Source: Ginglymostoma cirratum (lineage: Eukaryota). Taken from it: a stretch of 64,000 bases of DNA. Shown here piece by piece: positions 11,975-24,086 of the stretch. Each line of letters opens with the position of its first letter. Position 1 is the stretch's first letter. A model generated the notes under the pieces. That model saw only the letters and a list, made by a program, of their open reading frames with translations, was not told the origin of the DNA and ran no database searches. The stretch spans positions 10,857,693 through 10,921,692 of the forward strand of contig JAHRHZ010000092.1 of NCBI GenBank assembly GCA_024137785.1. Reading direction: 5' to 3'. The translations under genes were made by a program, and so were the position numbers.

Positions 11975-12490
11975 ATTCACCTTAGGAGCAGAGGTTGCTA
12001 TTCAGCCCCTCAAGGCTGTTCTGCTGTTCAAAATGATCATGGCCAATCTGATTATTCCACATTCCTGGCTACCTTGAATACATTTCACCTCACACCTCTC
12101 ATTTATCAAGAATCTACCTACCACTGCCTTAAAAATATGCAAAAGACTCTGCTTCCAATGCCTTTCGAGGAAGACTTCCAATGACAGCCAACCTTCAGAA
12201 AAAAAGACATTTTTTTGTAGTCTTTCTCTTAAATGGGTGCCCACTTATTTTTAAACACGGAACCCCTTGTTTTAGAATCTACTGCAAGAGGAAGCATCCT
12301 CGCCACACACATTTGGTCAAGACTCTTCAGGATTTTGTATGTTTCAACCAAGTCAACTCCTAGTCTTCTAGGGTCCAGTGGATACAAGCCCTGACTGTCC
12401 AACGTTTCCTCATAAGACAATCTTCTATCCCAGGTATCAATTAGGTAAATCTTCTCTAGATTGGTATAGCATATTTACATCCATCCTTGA
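11975..12490 (-). mobile_element. CR1 LINE 3' fragment
   Basis: ORF remnant SYEETLDSQGLYPLDPRRLGVDLVETYKILK, matching the CR1 ORF2 C-terminus. Confidence 0.8.
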
Positions 12491-12729
12491 ATAAGAACAG
12501 AGGTGTTATGAACCAGATGAATTTGGAGAGGGAATGACATGGAATGTAATAGAAACTACAGGAGGTAGGTCATGATGAGGCTGAGCGAAAGCCTGTGGGT
12601 TTTGTGGGGAAGGTGCATTCAGCTTGGAACCTGTATAGAATGTCAGGGCCACAACCTATCTGTTTGAAGAACTCATGCCAGGCTTGAAACATCAACTTGG
12701 TTTCTCTCTCCACAGATGTTCCCAGACCT

Positions 12730-13060
12730 CATAGAATCCCTACAGTGTGGGAAGAGGCCATTTGGCCCAACCCCTCCAAAGAACATCCCACCCAGACACG
12801 TTCCCCAACCTTTCCCTGTAACGTGGCATTTCCCATGTCTAATCCACCTAATTTACACATCCCTGGACACTACGGGGCAATTTAGCATGGCCAATCCGTC
12901 TACCCTGCACATCTTTGGAAACCGGAGCACCCGGAGGAAACCCACGCAGACACGGGGAGAACATGCAAACTCCACACAGAGACAGTCGCCCAAGGGTGGA
13001 ATCAAACCTGGATCTCTGGCGCTGTGAGGCGCAGTGCTAACCACTGAGCCACCGTGCCCC
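12730..13060 (-). mobile_element. HE1-type V-SINE inserted into a PLE-terminal remnant
   Basis: Minus-strand head GGGGCACGGTGGCTCAGTGGTTAGCACTG; flanks ...cccagacct / tgttgagtttctcca rejoin as a PLE-end motif. Confidence 0.85.
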
Positions 13061-13539
13061 TGTTGAGTTTCTCCAAAATTCCCTGTGTACGTTCCACCCT
13101 GTGTCTGGTTCTGCCCGAGGTAGCTGCTGGAAAGGAGGGAAAACAATGATGGCAAAGGTTGAAGACAATGACTTCAGCCTTAATGCTCAGTCAAAGGAAC
13201 TCACTACCCAACCCTGGAGTTCAAACAGGAAATATGATAACAATGAGGCAGTGGAGAAACTGGGTGGTGATGGAAAGTTTAATGGCAGAGAGGTGTGAGG
13301 TGAAATGTATTCAAGGTAGACAGGAATGTAAAATAATCAGATTGGCTTTCATCTTGGATGATATTGTCAACAGTGTGTAAGGACATGAGGTAAGCACAGG
13401 TAACCAGGGCTTGCCGAAGCTGGAGGTGATAGTGCAGGAAAAGAAATAATCAAAATATTTTGCTTCTGTGACTACAGAAGTAAGATTGGATCCAAACAAA
13501 GGTAGTTGCACTGAGTGAGAAACAATTTATTTATTTATT

Positions 13540-13950
13540 AATTCATTGCCTATTCAGTCAGCATTTATTACCCATCCCCAACTGCCCAGAGGACAGTTAA
13601 AAGTCACATATAGGTCAGACCAGGTAAGGATGGCAGATTCTCTTCCCAAAAGGACATAAGTGCACCAAATATTTTTCTATAACATGGACTGCTATTAGGC
13701 TTGTTTTTTTTAATTCCATGTCTTCAATTTATCAAATTCAAATTTCACCATCTGCCTTTTAGTGGGATTTGAATCCATGTTCCCTGAACATCGAATAAAA
13801 ACTGAAAGAACTGCGGATGCTGTAAATCAGGAGCAAAAACAGAAGTTGCTGGAAAAGCTCTGGCAGCATCTGGAATGCATCAGCAACGTTCCCCTGAATA
13901 TTGACCTGGTTTCCTTGATTTCAAGCCAAGTCACATTACCACTACATCAC
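13540..13950 (-). mobile_element. Family-A SINE interrupted by a ~95-bp PLE-terminal insert (13792-13887)
   Basis: Degenerate TSD gttccctgaacat / gttcccctgaatat; the insert begins like the one at 5672. Confidence 0.7.
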
Positions 13951-13959
13951 CCTTTATAT

Positions 13960-14500
13960 TTCTTTGAGCACCTTTCACAACCTCGGGATATGCCACATTA
14001 GATAACTGCCAACACATTAGATGTGTCTTATTGCTGCAGCGTGAGGTTGCAAACACAACAACCAATCTTCAGAAAGCAAGCACCTGCATTAGCAATGTGA
14101 CAATGTGGAAAGCATCTGCTTTAATTTTACAATTTAAAGGATAAATATCTGCCAGTGAGCTCTTGACTGCATTTCTTTGACATACACTGGGGTCCTTTAT
14201 ATCCACCTGAGAGATAGGCCTTAGTTTTATGTCTCATTTGGAAGGCAGCATCTCTGACAGAGCAACGCCCCCATGACGCTCACCCTCCAACAGAGTGGCG
14301 CTGGCCCTCCGACCGTGCGGCGCTCCCTCGGCCCTGGCCCTCCGACCGTGCGGCGCTCCCTCGGCGCTGGCCTTCCAACCATGCGGCACCCCCTTGGTAC
14401 TGGCCCTCCGACTGTGCAACACTCCCACAGCCCTGATCCTCCGACTGTGCAGCACTCCCTCAGCACTGCATTAGGCCGTCAACCTAAATTTCTGGGTAGT
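13960..14500 (-). mobile_element. DeuSINE (SacSINE1/AmnSINE1-like) remnant
   Basis: Deu-domain-like atccacctgaga...gtctcatttggaaggcagcatctctgacag and cctccgactgtgcagcactccctcagcactgca. Confidence 0.7.
14275..14470 (+). repeat. 33-bp GC-rich minisatellite, ~5-6 copies, inside the DeuSINE
   Basis: Unit cgctggccctccgaccgtgcggcgctccctcgg. Confidence 0.9.
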
Positions 14501-14606
14501 GGAAAACAGGAATCTTGCTCAGCAAATACAGTGGAAAAGTGGACAGGAAAAAGGAGCAAAGCACCAGAGCTGACTAATCTGTTTAACAGAGTCTATTCAA
14601 CAGAGA

Positions 14607-16045
14607 TAGTAACGACTGGTGATGCTGGAGTCTGAGATAATAAGGTGCGCAGCTGGAGGAACACAGCAGGCCAGGCAGCATCAGAGGAGCAGGAAAGCTG
14701 ATGTTTCCGGTCGGGACCCTTCTTCAGAAAAGGTGGAGGGGGAAGGGAGCTCTGAAATAAATAGACAGGAGGTTGGGGTGGGGCTGCGGAAGGCAGGTGG
14801 GATGATGATAGGTGAGTGCAGGTAGGGAGGGGTGGGGATTGGTCAGTGAAGTGGGAGGAGAGGAAAGGTGGGAGAGAAGATGGACAGGTTGTGTCAGGTC
14901 AAGGAGGCGGGGATGAAAGGGAGGGTTGGTTGTGGGATGAGGCCGGGGGTGGGGAGATTATAAAACTGGTGAATTCCACGTTTAGGCCATTGGGCTGTAG
15001 GCTCCCGAGGCGGAAGATGAGGTGATCCTCCAGTTTCTGGGTGGCATCATTGTGACACTGGAGGAAGCCCAGGATGGACATGTCATCCAGGGAGTGGGAG
15101 GGGGAGTTTAAATGGTTTGTGACTGGAAGGTATTGTTGTTTGTTGCGAACAAAGCGCAGGTGCTCTACAAAGCGGTCTCAAAGCCTCCGCTTGGTCTCAC
15201 CAATGTAAAGGAGGCTACATTGGGAGCAGCGGATGGAGTAGACCACACTGGCAGATGTGCAGGTGAACCTCTGTCTGATGTGCAAGGTTTGTTTGGTTCC
15301 TGGGTTGGGGGTGAGGGTGGAAGTGAAGGGGCAGGTGTAGCACTTCCTGCGGTTGCAGGGAAAGGTGTTGGGGGTGGTGGGGCTAGTGGGGAGTGTGGAG
15401 CCGATGAGGGAATTGTGGAGAGAGCAGACCCTACGAAAGGCAGATGGGGTGGGAGGGTAAAATATCTTTGGTTGTGGGGTCAGATTGCAGGTGGCAGAAG
15501 TGGCTGAGAATGATACATTGAATCCGAAGGTTTGTGGGGTGATATGTGAGGACAAGGGGGATTCTGTCTTTGTTTTTGTTGGGGGGAGGGGATGTGAGGG
15601 CAGAGGTGCGGGAAACGCAAGAGATGCGGTCAAGAGCATTTTCGACCACTGAAGGGGCTGGGGTGGGGTGTGTTGCAGTCCTTGAAATAAGATGACATCT
15701 GGGATGATGTGGAACGCCCCATCTCGGGGGCAGATGTGGCAGTGGCAGAGGAATTGGGAGTAGGGGATTGCATTCCTGTGGGAAGGTGAGGGAGAGGAGG
15801 TGTAGTCTAGGTAGGTGTGGGAGTCGGGGGGGGGGGGGGGTGCTTGAAATAGATGGTGGTTTTGAGGCGGTCACCAGAGATAGAGACAGAGACAGAGACA
15901 GAGAGGTCCAGGAAGGAGAGAGGGATCTCAGAGATGGTCCAGGTGAACTTGAGGATGTGGTGGAAGGTGTTAGTGAAGCTGATGAACTGTTCAAGCTCCT
16001 TGTGATGCTTGGCCTGCTGTGTTCCTCCAGCTCCACACGGTGTTA
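14607..16045 (-). mobile_element. 5'-truncated Penelope-like element (RT C-terminus plus GIY-YIG), with inverted 5' arm and 15-bp TSD
   Basis: FPCNRRKCYTC...FTCTSASVVYSIRCSQCSLLYIGETKRRL and RIPLVLTYHP; TSD tctattcaa[c/g]agaga at 14592-14606 and 16046-16060. Confidence 0.92.
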
Positions 16046-16054
16046 TCTATTCAA

Positions 16055-16360
16055 GAGAGACCCAGCTAACATTCTGGGGACCCTGGTTTGAATCCCGCTA
16101 TAGCAGATGGTGGAATTTGGAATCAATAAAAGTCTGGAATTAAGAGTCTAATGATGGCCGCAGATTCGTTGTCGATAGTGGGAAAAAACCCATCTGGTTC
16201 TCTAACGTCCTTTAGGGAAGGAAGCTGTCATCCATACCCAGTCTGACCTACATGTGACTTCACACCCACAGCAATGTGGTCGACTCTTAATTGCCCAGAG
16301 GGCAGCTAAGGATGGGCAATAAATGCTGGCCTAGCCAATGATGGCTTCACATGCTGTGAA
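16055..16360 (+). mobile_element. tRNA-derived SINE, family A
   Basis: B-box GGTTTGAATCC and the family core. Confidence 0.75.
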
Positions 16361-17287
16361 TGAAGTATAAAAAAAGCTTGACAAAGGAGCCTTTGGCAAT
16401 CTGCGCCATCTATACCGAAGTCATGAGAAAGGCAGCTTGTCAGACTGTGCCATTCTTGCTCATTGTGATATCCAGAAGACTTGGACCAAGTGGAGCATTT
16501 GGGTCGCACCAGACCTGGCAATGACAGGAAATGACAAAACTCTGCCAGACATTTTGAAACTAACCTTGATGCTTAATAATCGACATTTAGAAATTTGATG
16601 ATTTTTACTTTTATTGTCCAAAAAAAAATTCAAAATCATGGGGGTCTTTTGGGAAACTTATTTGTTGTAAAGGTTTTGGGGCACCGCAGACAGAGGAACA
16701 ATCCCTTACAGCCTTGAAGCTTTTCTGCCTTTCAGCGTGTCCTGTTGGTCTTCCTCCTCCCCTGTCATTCCAACCACCTGCCTCCACCTCTTACTTAAAG
16801 CCTACTGCATCTCTCGCTCTCCAGAGGTCATCAAGCTGAGGCATGAACACTTGTTCTCTGGCCACAGATGGTGCCTGCTAGGAAGGATTTCCAGAATTCT
16901 TGGTTTCGGTTTTAGATTTACAGCATCTACTAGATTTTGTTTTAGCAATGCAGAGAAACAAACGAAGACGATCCGCATCTCTCGTTGTGCCTAAAGCAAC
17001 ATACCCACGATGCAGTTAACTTCAAGTTATACCTTGGCTTTTCCTGGATTCCTTTTGTTCCTTCAGCCATCAAACCCACTTCCATCCAATTCTGACCCCC
17101 ACTTAAAATCCACGTTCATCACCCTCCCACACCCCATGTCAAAGTCCCTAATGGGACCAGTATCACTGCATGAAGTGACTTCGCAACCACAATGGAGCTT
17201 CAACCTATCAGGATCCTCAGCTCCTCTACTTTTGCACTGTCCAACTTTCTGACAGGGTTTTGGTCACGGTCCCACCATCCTTTCAGT

Positions 17288-17890
17288 TGTAGTACATTTA
17301 ATGTAACAAACATCCCAAAGTTGCTTCACAGAAATTTATGTAATGTTTAAAAGGATGGTTACTACATCCTTTTACATGTTAATGATACTATCTAAAAATG
17401 AAATGTAACAATCACAGCAGGACTCTCCCCACAGTCCGCTCACTTCCCTTCAAATCTCTAAGTGCTGGGCTCATTTGGAATCATTTGCAAGCTTACAAGC
17501 AGGGGTTTTGCCTGTATCTACTAACATGGATTAGGTCCTGGTACAGCAATGCTTCATTTCAAACTATTATCCTTTCACAATCCGCGCATCATGACTTCTC
17601 TATCCCTGCAACATTCTGCAACCTTACAATCTTGAGGTCTCTACATTCCTTCAATTCTGGCCTCTGGAGCAGTTCTAATATCCACTGCCCCACAATTAGC
17701 TGACATGCCATCAGCTGCCAGGGATTTTAGTTCTGGAACTTCCTTCCGTTCCTCTTATAAGATGTTGCTTAAAATCTGCTCTATCCACCCAACAGTTGAT
17801 CAGCTACCTCAACAGCGCCTCATGCTGTTAAACATTACATAAATTTCTGTGAAGCAACTTTGGAATGCTTGTTACATTAAACGTACTACA
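17288..17890. repeat. 63-bp inverted repeat pair (17288-17350 / 17828-17890)
   Basis: 60/63 identity by manual comparison. Confidence 0.9.
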
Positions 17891-18834
17891 TAAACACAAG
17901 TCATTCTTATCCTGTTAAATTCTAGTTGAAAACAAGCCGCAATATTCTAAGTGACCAAGAGATGTCACCTGAAGCATAGCCTTGCAGTTAGGTTCCAGAC
18001 CTGATTGAGCTGGGTGATTCTAAGGCCCATCTGTTGTCTGTCTGCTTGCTGCAAAAAGAAATGGATTTTTGGTGCTTATGATGGATAGGTAGCATGGGAC
18101 CGGCTGGGATTGCACAATGAACAAAATCCTCCAGCTAAATGGAACAGTATTCCCAGCAGAGTTATGATTAGGAGTAGACTGTCTGGAAATGTTTGTAGTG
18201 CAAAGCGCTCACTTGTGTGTTTTGAAAGAGGGCTCCATTAACGTACACCCATTTCTTTGTCTCATGCAGCGACAAAATTAATTTATGAATCTTCTTCAAA
18301 AAAGACAAAGCACAAATGCTGATCTAACTATTGCCCTACCCTGCACGCTTACTGGACTGAGAATTGCATCACGAATGGTGGCTTGATTCTTAATTCTAAA
18401 ACTGTAGCCTCAACAAAAACCGCAGATTGGTGACCTCTTCAGCAACGTGGCTAAAACTCAAATCTTTGGAGAACAGTTCTAAGAACTGTTAATAATGTGC
18501 ATAATTATAACTTGAGTACACAAACCGAATCAAAGACGAGGGTTGAATTTCCACTGGAGAGTCTGGAAAATAAATTTTAAGATGACACTGTAATGCACAA
18601 TTGAGGGAGGGCTGTATTGGTGGAAATGCTCTCTTTTTAATGAGCTAGAAGGCAGACAGTTAAGTGATTGGCAAAAGAACCAATAATATAAAATTTTCTT
18701 TGAATGCAGCGAATGGTTAGGATCTGGAATGGGCAGTGTTTGGTGGAGGCAAATGAACCAAGGTGTTCAAGATTGAGTTACAAACCTGGAAATAAGGTTT
18801 GCAGGGTAAAAGGAAAAGGGAGGGGTGTGCAGGA

Positions 18835-20025
18835 CTAGCTGTACCACCCTACCTACCTCTGGATCCAATGCATCATCCTCTGACATTTCCACCACTTACA
18901 ATTAAGACCCCACCACCAAAAAGATATTTCCCTCCCCAGCCCTATCTGCTTTCTGCAGGGACTATTCATTCCGCGGCTCCCTTGTCAGCTCTACACTCCC
19001 CACCACACCTGGTACCTTTCCCTGCAACCGCAAGAGGTGTAATACCTACCCCACACCTCAGTCTAGGGCCTCAAACAATCATTCCAGATCCAGCACAGAT
19101 TCACCTGCACTTCATCCAACGTTATCTATTGCACATGTTGCTCCCGATGTGGTATCCTCTATATTAGGGAAACCAAACGGAGGCCTGGGGGCTGGTTCAC
19201 GGAGATCTGCACTCCGCATTCAACAACCAACCCAACGTTTCGGTTGCGATCCATTTTAACTACCCCTCCCACTCCCCGACGACATTTTTTTCTTTATTCA
19301 TTCATGAGATTAGGGCGTTACTAGCATTTATTGCCCATTGGGCAGCTGAGTCAACCATATTGCTGTGGGTCTGGAGTCACACGTAGGCCAGACCAGACCA
19401 GATAAGGATGGCAGTTTCCTTCCTTAAAGGACATTAGTGAACCAGATGGGTTTTTCCCCAATGATTGACAGTCATCATTAGATTCTTAATTCCAGATGTT
19501 TATTGAATTCAAATTCCACCATCTGCTGTGGCGGGATTCGAACCGAGATCCCCAGAATGCCATCTGGGTCTCGGGAATAACAGTCCAGTGATAATACCAC
19601 TAGGCCATCCTTGGCTTCCTCCACTATCAGAGTGAGGGCAAATGTAAACTGGGAAGTACAACACCTCATATTTCGCCTCAGAAGTTTACAGCCCAGTGGC
19701 CTTAACACTGAAGATGGTGAAGTCAATGTCCCTTCACCTCCAGCCTTATTCCATGTCCACTCCTTCTGACCTGACCTGACTTAAGCTGTACATCTTCCCA
19801 CTCACCTATTTGCTCCATCATTCCGATCGACCAGTCACAATTACCCCTTATTTTATCACCATCTCACCTACCTTTCCCCAGACACACCTCCCTCCCTCTA
19901 TTTACTTCTGGGCTCCCCTCCTGTCCCCTCCCCTTCCCCAGTCCTGACAATGGATTGTGTCCCGAAACGTTGACTTACCCACTCCTCAGATGCTGTCTGA
20001 CTGGCTGTGCTTTTTCAGCCTCTCA
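18835..20025 (+). mobile_element. Decayed PLE GIY-YIG/3' fragment with a family-A SINE (minus, ~19290-19605) inserted
   Basis: tttccctgcaaccgcaagaggtg, ttcacctgcac and ctctatattagggaaaccaaacgg (YIGETKR-like) parallel the element at 14607-16045. Confidence 0.8.
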
Positions 20026-21159
20026 GCTCTTCTAGAGGGGTGTACAGGGCAAATGGCCTCCATTTGTGTTGCAGCTACAATAAACTGAGACACCATCTGT
20101 CCACACCAGTGGGTTTGAAATACAGCCCCGATGCTTTCAATGGGTTAAAGAATATCCATGCTACCAGGGATATAGGTACATCCTGAAGCAACATCAACAA
20201 ACATTCTGATCATTATCATGTTACTGCTTTATGGGAAGCAAACACATGAAAATGCTGGAGCCACACGGCAGATCTGGCAGAATCTGGGGAGAAAAGGAGT
20301 TAAAGTCGAGAGCAGAATGATTCTTCTTTAACAGCTTTATTGGAGCTTGCTGTGTATAGATTTGATGCCTTTTTGTTCTACAATAGTATTTAATTGGCTA
20401 TAAAACATTTTGTTGTAGCCTGTGATTACAAAAGGAGTTATACAAGTATGACTTAATGCTCTATTTGTTTTGTTTGGAGGGGAGACTAACAGGAATGGGT
20501 GTTGCACAAGGCAATGCTTTTAACAAGGTTTCTCACCTTAAATACTAACCTGCCAAGGTCACCAAGGAATGGCCAGTCACAAGAACTCATGCTGCCCTTC
20601 CCACCTTAAAACTTTATCCTTAAAACTTCGATCTAAACAAACATCAGCTAATCATAGCTGGGTCAGAAATGAGGAAGCTCCCTGATGCACATGGTTCCAC
20701 TTCAACAAAAAAAAAGTGCGGTAATTGGGAGAACTGTCTACTCTTACATTGTATTTAAAATTGTCATTTTAAGAGAAAAATCACTGTTGGTAAGAAAAAA
20801 CGCGTTAACAGCGGGTGCTGTTTTCCTACAGAAGGGGCAGTTACAAAGCAACATAAAGCAGGGAGATAGCTCAATGAGTTAATCTGCGTGACCTTCACTG
20901 TGACCGCAACAGGAGATACTGAGCAAAGGTTAGCAACTGGGAAAGCCATACACATATCAGCATTCCCCAAGAAAGACATGCCGCATGAGTGGTTACAGAG
21001 CAGCACTGGCAAGAGTGTTTGATACAAGCTTAACTTGGAAGGTAGAGGAAGTGGCCTGATGAATGGCTAAGTTGGTGCACTTTGCAAGTTGGAGATTTAC
21101 CATCCTTCCTGTGGTTTGGGGATGATTAGTGATAGTGAGCAGAAAAGCAGTGCATGGGA

Positions 21160-21570
21160 ATAGGGAACATAGGCTCTTGGGACTTAAGAGTAAATCCTTC
21201 AGACCTCAAGCCTGCTCACCCATTCAATTGGCAGAATAAACTCAATGGGCTGAATGGCCTCTTCTCCACTGAGAGATTATATGAATTTGATCATTGACTT
21301 ATCCTGTTGTGGTCTCAGCTCCACTCTCCTGTCTACCCCCATAGACCTCAACTCTCTGGTAAATCAAATATCTAACTCTGCCTTGAATAAATTTGATGAC
21401 CCAGGCTCTATTACCTTCTGGGAAAGACAATTCTACTGACATTCAGAAATAAAACTTCCATCTCAGTCTTGAGACTTTGTATTTTTAAACTGTCCCTTAG
21501 TTCTAGTCTCCACCACAAGAGGAAAGATCATCTGGTCGCCATCTTATCAAGTCCCCTCAGGTCTTGAACG
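21160..21570 (-). mobile_element. Decayed CR1 3' fragment
   Basis: Similar to the other CR1 3' ends (tctaactctgccttgaataaattt). Confidence 0.55.
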
Positions 21571-21894
21571 CTCTTCAGTCAACAGGAGGCTGTAACATGC
21601 CATGAACATTTACTTATGATAATTACAGACAGTGATGGAGTGGCAGCCCAAAACTGGAAAAAAGGAAACCTGATACCAAGAGGCAGATAGCCAGGTACCT
21701 ATTGTACCTTGTCTGAAGACGTACTTTCTGAACAGCCAATCATTAATTTTAAGAGGGTACTCTCATGCTTGATTCTTTAAAGAAAAATTTCTCTAAGGTA
21801 TTAAGAAGGATTTGATAACATAAACACATCAATTAGATCATCCTTCAATCTCCTTTATAGAAGAGAGTACAAGGTACATTTTTGGAAGGGGATA

Positions 21895-22290
21895 AAATTA
21901 GCATAGTAGTAATTTAAATAAACAAGAAATCCAAAAGACTGGACTCGTGATTCAGTCATGAATTCAAATTCCACCATAGCAGCTGGGTAATTTAAATATT
22001 GCTTCATTAAATATGCCTGGAATAAAACATTAATGGTGACCATGAGACAACTGGATTGCTGCAAAAACACTCAGTGGATTGACTAATGCCCCTTACTGAA
22101 GGAAATGTCCTTTACTGCATCTGGCCTGAACATACCTCTAGTCCAACAGCAGTGTAGTTGAGTCACATCATTGGACAGAAATGACAGTGCAAGCCATTCA
22201 GTGTTATTGAAGGAGGTGATTCACCAACACCTTCTCAAGGGCAACAAACACTGACCTGACCAGAAACGCCTACATCCCTATGAATAAGAT
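21895..22290 (+). mobile_element. Decayed family-A SINE
   Basis: Family core and tail motifs recognisable. Confidence 0.55.
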
Positions 22291-23179
22291 AATAGGCACA
22301 CTTGCCCTATTAACTAAATCCATTAAACACTGGCACCCTTCTGGTAATACTATACTTCACCTCATATCTTTCCTGAACTGTACACAGCACAAGGAAACCA
22401 GAAGGCCAGATTGAGTACTGAACAGCAACTACAGGGGAAAAGAAAAAGGTACTGTATTGGATATGATCTACCTGGAGGCATTTGTTCCTAGTTGCAGTGC
22501 TGGAGCCAGTGAGGGGATTACATGTCCCAGAGCAAGCTGCAGTAGCAGGTACCTCAGATTCCAGGCTAACCACCTTTAATTAGTGACTTACATTTCAAGC
22601 TTTGAGTAGAGATTAATTTGTGTAGGAAAGAAGGGGAATGAAAGAGCATCCGACACTGACTAAATTGGCTTGTAAAGTACAGACATGTGCGTGTTCTTAA
22701 TCAGTTAAAATGCCAACTGTAAACAAACCAAGATGCAGGATCCCCATAAAGCATGAAAATGAACAAGCAACAGGTGGGAAAATGTCATTATAATAACTAC
22801 TTCAATCTTGAGGACTGAAGTATTAACAAAGCTCAAGAGACATCTCAAGTTGTGCACTAATCATAGACCAAATTACAATCCCTCTTGCTTGTTTACCACA
22901 CTTGAATGAAAACGCTGCTCCAACAGACACACTTTTCTGGGAGGGACAGAATCAAGATAGCAGGGAGAGCCAGGGAAGTGGGTAGAATATAGCCCCTACC
23001 TTTGGCACATGGCGTGTGACTGGGATTTTGATCTCTATTGTTATCAACCTGGGTCACAAGCTAAGGTGAGCAGAATTCAGTATACCAATCTGCAACAGTC
23101 TTAGGTGTACATAAAGGGTAAAAACTGAATATGTGGTGCCCTTACAACAGGCCCAAACCTAACAGATCTTGCTGAAATA

Positions 23180-23420
23180 AGGAATGGCCCATTTTGGACT
23201 GATACGCAGAGGAATTCCTTCATTCAGAGGGAGATTAATCTTTTGGAATTCTCTGCTCTAGAGGGCTATGGAATCTCGGTCATGCAGTATATTCAAGACA
23301 GAGACTGACAGAATTCTAGACATTGAAGTGATTGGGAATAGTTCATAAAAATGTTGAGGTAGAACACCTACCATTATCACATTGAATGAGACAGGAGCTC
23401 AGAGAATAGCCTATCCTGTG
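23180..23420 (+). mobile_element. Decayed CR1 3' fragment
   Basis: gaggaattccttcattcagagg...tggaattctctgctctagagggctatgga. Confidence 0.55.
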
Positions 23421-24019
23421 TCACTGCATTAATATGAAGTTACAAGTTTAACAAAACAATGAAGTAGTGTTGGTGCATAAATGTTGATGAGTCCCAGGTA
23501 GGGCAATACAAGGTGTGTCAGGTTAAACATTAGGCTGAGTAATTAGGTACAAACATTAAAGCAGAGGCACAATGGAATAACATTTTACTTCATTTGACGT
23601 TTCAATCTGTTGACCTACGCCATACTATTTGAATCATTTTATCCTGGTCACCTCTTCTGAGTAGAAGTACCAGCTTGCTATCTGGCTAATGAAAATGGAT
23701 TGTTCATTTGCACTGAAAACCACTCACTTCTCTACATAAACTTCTTACCACTGTCAAGATTCAAGCATGCTTTCCCTGATCTCAGCTCATTTGCTCCTCT
23801 AGATCACAAATCTGTGATGTGAACCACCCCTCTCAGGACTTAAGCTGCAAATAACTTGTAGAACTCAAATCTCACTCCACTCAGCTCACAACTGTTAGGC
23901 CTCCACATTCTTGCAGGCAGGCTGGCAATGCTCAATCAAGAATGAATAAACTTCCACCTCTCCCGCTTTTAACTTCTGCCACACCCTGCTCTATAGAACC
24001 TAGCCCTGCCAAAAGTTTC

Positions 24020-24086
24020 TTAAAAAGGACAAAAGTGCACAAAAGAAATAATTTCAAACCATTTTTCTTTAAAAGAATGATTTATT
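24020..24086 (-). terminator. Distal polyadenylation signal with downstream U/GU-rich element
   Basis: tttatt at 24081-24086 (AATAAA on minus); downstream on minus TTATTTCTTTTGTGCACTTTTGTCCTTTTT; TGTA upstream. Confidence 0.6.

Larger units (their letters stand above)
9820..13500 (-). mobile_element. Heavily decayed L2-like LINE fragments hosting several younger insertions
   Basis: Purine-rich + strand and L2-like 3' ends (tgcatttaaatagcacc; ttgtacttattatagcattttc); no intact ORF. Confidence 0.5.
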
